DNA from: Elusimicrobiota bacterium
GTDB lineage: Bacteria > Elusimicrobiota > Elusimicrobia > Elusimicrobiales > UBA9959
NCBI GenBank assembly: GCA_027340875.1
Contig: DAIENX010000069.1
Coordinates: 1 to 19,627 of the forward strand
Direction of reading: 5' to 3'
Length of the DNA: 19,627 bases
Shown here: positions 15,946 to 19,627 of the stretch, piece after piece
How the letters are laid out: each line of letters starts with the position of its first letter
Position numbering within the stretch: the first letter of the stretch is position 1
Position numbers and translations under genes: made by a program
The notes under the pieces: model-generated
Seen by the model: the letters and a program-made list of their open reading frames with translations, nothing else
Told to the model about the DNA's origin: nothing
Databases searched by the model: none

Positions 15946-16725
15946 ATGGCGTCCGAAAAGCGAACCCCGATGATAGCAGGCAACTGGAAGATGCATCTTG
16001 TTTCCAAGGAGGCCGCCGACCTCGCCGCCGCCATCCGGAAAGGCCTGGACCCCGACCTGAAGCACGAGGTGCTGCTGGCTCCCACTTTCACCAACCTGCA
16101 CGCCGTACACGCCGCGCTGGCCGGCTCGAAGATCTTCCTTTCCTCGCAGGACGTAGCCTGGGAGGAGAAAGGCGCCTTCACCGGGGCCGTCTCCCCTTCG
16201 CAGATAAAGGACGCGGGCTGCACGCACGCGATCATCGGCCACAGCGAGCGCCGCAAGATCTTCCTCGAGACCGACGAGGTCATCAATAAGAAGATGAAGA
16301 CCGCGATAAAGGCCGGCATAGTGCCCGTGCTCTGCATAGGCGAGACCCTCGAGGAACGCGAGAGCCAGAAGACGTACCGCGTGCTGGAGACCCAGCTCAA
16401 CGGAGCTTTCGCCGGCATCACCGCCGCCGAGGCCGCGAAGGTCGTCATAGCCTATGAACCGGTCTGGGCCATAGGCACCGGCAAGACCGCCACCCCGGAC
16501 CAGGCGCAGGACGCCCACGTTTTCGTCAGGAAGCAGATGGAGCGCATCTACGGAAAGGATTACGCGGAAGCGGTGCGCATCCTCTACGGCGGTTCGGTCA
16601 AGGCCGACAACGTAGACGAACTGATGGCGCAGCCCGACATTGACGGCGCGCTGGTCGGCGGCGAGAGCCTGAAAGCCGACAAGTTCGGCCGCGTGATACA
16701 TTATCAGCCCGTGCTCAGCAAGTGA
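15946..16725 (+). CDS. tpiA: Triosephosphate isomerase
   Basis: AGNWKM, GAFTGAVS, IIGHSERR, AYEPVWAIGTGK, ILYGGSVK, DGALVGG; catalytic K, H and E present. Confidence 0.98.
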   Translation: MASEKRTPMIAGNWKMHLVSKEAADLAAAIRKGLDPDLKHEVLLAPTFTNLHAVHAALAGSKIFLSSQDVAWEEKGAFTGAVSPSQIKDAGCTHAIIGHSERRKIFLETDEVINKKMKTAIKAGIVPVLCIGETLEERESQKTYRVLETQLNGAFAGITAAEAAKVVIAYEPVWAIGTGKTATPDQAQDAHVFVRKQMERIYGKDYAEAVRILYGGSVKADNVDELMAQPDIDGALVGGESLKADKFGRVIHYQPVLSK

Positions 16726-16733
16726 GGCTTTAA

Positions 16734-17366
16734 GTGGACGAGAGGCTGCTCAAGGAGATAGTGGAGGACCTGAAGCTCCGTCGGGAGCGGTCCTCCATGC
16801 CCGTCCCCGTGGGCGTCTCCAACAGGCACGTGCACCTGACCAAAGAGGATTTTAAGACGCTTTTTGGCGCGGAAGCCGACGATACCCGGCTTAAGCCGGT
16901 GAAGCAGCCGGGGCAGTACGCCTGCAACGAGCGCGTTACCGTTGAGGGCCCGAAGGGCGTCCTTAAGGACGTCAGGATGATAGGCCCCTACAGGAAATAC
17001 AGCCAGGTGGAGGTCTCGCTCGGGGACGCCCGCAGGCTCGGAGTGGAGCCGCCGATACGCGACTCCGGCAAGCTGGAGAACTCCCCCGGGATAAAGCTCA
17101 CGGGGCCCAAGGGTTCCGTCACGATAAAGCGCGGCGTGATACTGTCCAAGCGGCACATCCATTTCAACGTCAGGGAGGGCGCCGCTTACAAGGTGAAGGA
17201 CGGCCAGGAAGTGCGGGTCCTCTGCGGCGCCGGCACCGAGCGGGAGACCATCTACGAGCGCGTGCTCTGCCGCGTCTCCGACGCCTACTCGCTGGAGCTG
17301 CACCTGGACGTGGAAGAGGCGAACGCCGCGGCCTTGAAGAACGGCGACGCGGCGTACATAGTCTGA
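16734..17366 (+). CDS. pduL: PduL-type phosphate acyltransferase with N-terminal encapsulation peptide
   Basis: VGVSNRHVHL, KQPGQYA, SQVEVSLGDARRLG, RHIH, LHLDVEEANAA. GTG start; N-terminal amphipathic MDERLLKEIVEDLK. Confidence 0.95.
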   Translation: MDERLLKEIVEDLKLRRERSSMPVPVGVSNRHVHLTKEDFKTLFGAEADDTRLKPVKQPGQYACNERVTVEGPKGVLKDVRMIGPYRKYSQVEVSLGDARRLGVEPPIRDSGKLENSPGIKLTGPKGSVTIKRGVILSKRHIHFNVREGAAYKVKDGQEVRVLCGAGTERETIYERVLCRVSDAYSLELHLDVEEANAAALKNGDAAYIV

Positions 17367-17403
17367 TTTTGGTAATTTAGTTTAGTTCGACTGGAGGGAC
17401 AAA

Positions 17404-17688
17404 ATGGAAGCACTCGGAATGATAGAGACCAAGGGCCTGGTGGCCTGCGTGGAAGCTGCCGACGCCGCGGTGAAAGCCGCCAACGTGAAGATAGTCGGCT
17501 ATGAGAAGATCGGCTCCGGCCTCGTCACGATCCTCTTCAGGGGCGAAGTGGCCGCCTGCCGCGCCTCCTGCGACGCCGGCGCCGCCGCCGCGCAGAAGGT
17601 CGGGGAGCTCGTCAGCGTGCACGTGATCCCCCAGCCGCACGGCGACCTCGAGGGCAAGCTGCCGATAAGCGAAGCCAAGAAGAAGTAA
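17404..17688 (+). CDS. BMC-H hexameric shell protein (PduA/EutM-like)
   Basis: [12 protein letters not shown]...[12 protein letters not shown]...KIGSGLV...RGEVAA...HVIPQPH; 94 aa; RBS GGAGG. Confidence 0.96.
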   Translation: MEALGMIETKGLVACVEAADAAVKAANVKIVGYEKIGSGLVTILFRGEVAACRASCDAGAAAAQKVGELVSVHVIPQPHGDLEGKLPISEAKKK

Positions 17689-17690
17689 TC

Positions 17691-17752
17691 ACCGGGAACA
17701 GGGACGGTTCCCCGTTCCCGTAACGGGGCCCGTCCCGGTCTCCGCCCTTTTT
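17691..17752 (+). terminator. Intergenic stem-loop, possible partial terminator or mRNA stabiliser
   Basis: GGGACGG (17701-17707) / CCGTCCC (17730-17736) enclosing CCCCGTT (17710-17716) / AACGGGG (17722-17728); T5 run at 17748-17752. Confidence 0.55.
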
Positions 17753-17763
17753 CTGGAGGTAAT

Positions 17764-18072
17764 ATGCTATTCGCACGAGTAGTGGGGAACGTGGTCTGCA
17801 CGCGCAAGGACGACAAGCTCGTCGGCACCAAGCTGCTGATGGTCCAGCCGGTAGGACTGGACGACAAGCCGCGCGGCAACACCCTGGTCGGCATAGACGC
17901 CGTCGGCGCGGGAACGGGGGAACTGGTCCTGCTGGTGCAGGGCTCGAGCGCCCGCCAGACCTCGAAGACCGAGAACACCCCGGTAGACTGCACCGTCTTC
18001 GCTATCGTGGACACGATAGAGAAGGACGGGAAGATCGTCTTCAAGAAATCCGTGAACAGGATGGAGCAGTGA
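17764..18072 (+). CDS. BMC-P pentameric vertex protein (EutN/CcmL family)
   Basis: MLFARVVGNVVCTRKDDKLVGTKLLMVQP, DAVGAGTGELVL, GSSAR, PVDCTVFAIVD; RBS GGAGGT. Confidence 0.96.
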   Translation: MLFARVVGNVVCTRKDDKLVGTKLLMVQPVGLDDKPRGNTLVGIDAVGAGTGELVLLVQGSSARQTSKTENTPVDCTVFAIVDTIEKDGKIVFKKSVNRMEQ

Positions 18073-18076
18073 CGCC

Positions 18077-19495
18077 ATGGCCATCTCCGAAGAGGACCTG
18101 AAGAAGATAGTCGCCGAGGTGGTGCGCAACCTGGGCGACGCCCCGCTCGCGGCCGCGCCGGCCTCCTCCTCCGGCGGGCCGGTGTTCGATTCCGTGGACG
18201 AAGCTGTGGCCGCGGCGTCCAAGGCGCAGCCCGTCTTTCAGGACCTCGGCCTGGCCGTGCGCGAAAGGATCATTTCCGCCATCCGCGAGGTCTCGCGCGC
18301 CAACGCCCGCCGCTGGGCCGAGGCCGCCGTCGCCGAGACCGGCATGGGCCGCGTGGCCGACAAGGTGCTGAAGAACCTGGTCTGCGCGGACAAGACCCCC
18401 GGCGTGGAGGACCTCCGCGCGCTCGCCTATACCGGCGACAAGGGCCTGGCCCTGGTGGAGTTCGCGCCTTTCGGGGTGGTCGCCGCGATAACCCCTTCCA
18501 CTAACGCCGTAGCTACCATCATCAGCAACGCCATCGGCATACTTTCCGCGGGCAATTCCGTGGTCTTCTCTCCGCATCCGGCCGCCAAGGGCTGCGTGGC
18601 CGACGCGGTGCGCGTGCTGAACCAGACAGTTGTCTCCGCCGGCGGCCCGGCCAACCTGGTGACCACGATAGCCAACCCCTCTCAGGAGGCCACCAGGCAG
18701 CTGCTCTGCCACCCGGGGACACACTTAAACCTGGTCACCGGCGGCCCTGCCATAGTGAAGGTGGCGATGACGGCCGGCAAGGCCTGCAAGACCATAGCCG
18801 CCGGCCCCGGTAATCCGCCGATAGTAGTGGACGAGACCGCCGTTTTCCCGGACTGCGCCGAGCAGATCATAACCGGCTGCGGCTTCGACAACAACGTGCT
18901 GTGCATAGCCGAGAAGGAGGTCATCGTGACCGAGGCCGCCAGGGCCCGCTTCCTCGAGGCCATGCGCCGCGACCACCGCGCCCACGAGCTGACCCGCGAG
19001 CAGATGGACCAGCTGGCCAAGGTGGCCATACCGGAGCCCGGCCGCGAGCCGCGCGTGGACCGCAAGTTCATCGGCAAGAACCCCTCGGTGATAGCGAAGG
19101 CGATCGGCCTGAACCTGTCGGACGAGGTCAGGATACTCTGGGCCGAGGTCCCCAACGACCACCCCTTCGTTATCAGCGAGCAGCTGATGCCGGTGCTGCC
19201 GGTCACGGTAGCCCGCGACGTGGACGCGGCGATAGAGCTGGCGAAGAAGGTGGAGTGGGACAACCACCACAGCGCGGGCATGTATTCCACCAACGTCAAG
19301 AACATGACCAAGATGGGCCGCCGGATGGCGTGTTCCATCTTCGTCAAGAACGGCTGCACGCTGCACGGCCTGGGCCTGGGCGAAGGCTACGCCTCGATGT
19401 CCATCGGCACCCCGACGGGCGACGGAATAACCAAGACCAGCCATTTCGTGCGCCCGCTGCAGTGCAGCGTGGTCGGCGACCTCAGGATAGCTTAA
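18077..19495 (+). CDS. CoA-acylating aldehyde dehydrogenase (EutE/PduP family) with N-terminal encapsulation peptide
   Basis: AETGMGRVADKVLKN, TPGVEDL, PFGVVAAITPSTN, VTGGPAIV, AGPGNPP, catalytic Cys in FDNNVLCIAEKE (18902-18904), EQLMP, His 30 residues later. N-terminal SEEDLKKIVAEVVRNL plus an Ala/Pro/Ser linker. Confidence 0.95.
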   Translation: MAISEEDLKKIVAEVVRNLGDAPLAAAPASSSGGPVFDSVDEAVAAASKAQPVFQDLGLAVRERIISAIREVSRANARRWAEAAVAETGMGRVADKVLKNLVCADKTPGVEDLRALAYTGDKGLALVEFAPFGVVAAITPSTNAVATIISNAIGILSAGNSVVFSPHPAAKGCVADAVRVLNQTVVSAGGPANLVTTIANPSQEATRQLLCHPGTHLNLVTGGPAIVKVAMTAGKACKTIAAGPGNPPIVVDETAVFPDCAEQIITGCGFDNNVLCIAEKEVIVTEAARARFLEAMRRDHRAHELTREQMDQLAKVAIPEPGREPRVDRKFIGKNPSVIAKAIGLNLSDEVRILWAEVPNDHPFVISEQLMPVLPVTVARDVDAAIELAKKVEWDNHHSAGMYSTNVKNMTKMGRRMACSIFVKNGCTLHGLGLGEGYASMSIGTPTGDGITKTSHFVRPLQCSVVGDLRIA

Positions 19496-19504
19496 GGAGA
19501 TATT

Positions 19505-19627
19505 ATGCAGGCTAACATAGCGGTAGGTCTTATCGAAACTTCCTCGATAGCCAAGGGCATCGAGTCGCTCGACGCGATGTGCAAGGCCGCCGGCGTGAAG
19601 CCGGAGGTGCACCTGCCCATCTCCAAG
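19505..19627 (+). CDS. Second PduT-like BMC shell protein (5' fragment, runs off the window)
   Basis: RBS TAAGGAG then MQANIAVGLIETSSIAKGIESLDAMCKAAGVKPEVHLPISK, aligning without gaps to the N-terminus of the 15350 gene. Not in the ORF track. Confidence 0.85.
   Translation, partial: MQANIAVGLIETSSIAKGIESLDAMCKAAGVKPEVHLPISK

Larger units (their letters stand above)
12762..19627 (+). other. Bacterial microcompartment (metabolosome) locus, incomplete at the 3' end
   Basis: BMC-H, BMC-P, two BMC-T-like genes, PduL, acylating aldehyde dehydrogenase and PduS, all co-oriented with gaps of 4-75 nt. Confidence 0.93.

Noticed and set aside
17367..17403. Internal promoter or TTTAG repeat before BMC-H
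   Set aside because: AT-rich but with only weak -10 matches and no -35; more simply an unstructured translation-enhancing region.
11362..19612. Long minus-strand ORFs opposite the HEXXH gene and BMC genes (e.g. 12714-13997, 14008-15042, 18725-19612)
   Set aside because: They mirror well-supported plus-strand genes and show no independent coding evidence.
7989..19627. One pathway linking nagZ/SSS amino-sugar uptake to the aminotransferase and BMC
   Set aside because: A strong bidirectional terminator and two unrelated genes separate them; proximity is the only evidence.

Overview
A GC-rich, gene-dense bacterial window with no rRNA, tRNA, CRISPR or mobile element visible. The left part (1-12669) is mostly housekeeping. 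It holds leuS (minus strand, runs off the window and is missing from the ORF track), a CBS-domain protein, and a tightly packed minus-strand operon thyX / RND-type adaptor / Cld-ChdC-fold protein / glgC / phoH / ybeY. A divergent mazG / nagZ / sodium:solute symporter operon follows and ends at a bidirectional terminator. Then come a YtxH-like gene and a secreted HEXXH protein of unknown family. The right part (12762 to the window end) is the 5' portion of a bacterial microcompartment (BMC, metabolosome) locus: PLP aminotransferase, PduS-like Fe-S flavoprotein, PduT-like BMC-T, triosephosphate isomerase, PduL, BMC-H, BMC-P, acylating aldehyde dehydrogenase and a second PduT-like gene cut by the edge. 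No signature aldehyde-generating enzyme is visible, so the BMC type cannot be assigned from this window. TPI is compatible with a sugar-phosphate-utilising type, but the leading aminotransferase is unexplained. The other main oddities are a Cld/ChdC-fold protein lacking its heme-ligand His, an orphan short-hairpin periplasmic adaptor, and a structured spacer between the shell hexamer and pentamer genes. All calls come from motif recognition by eye; no database searches were run.
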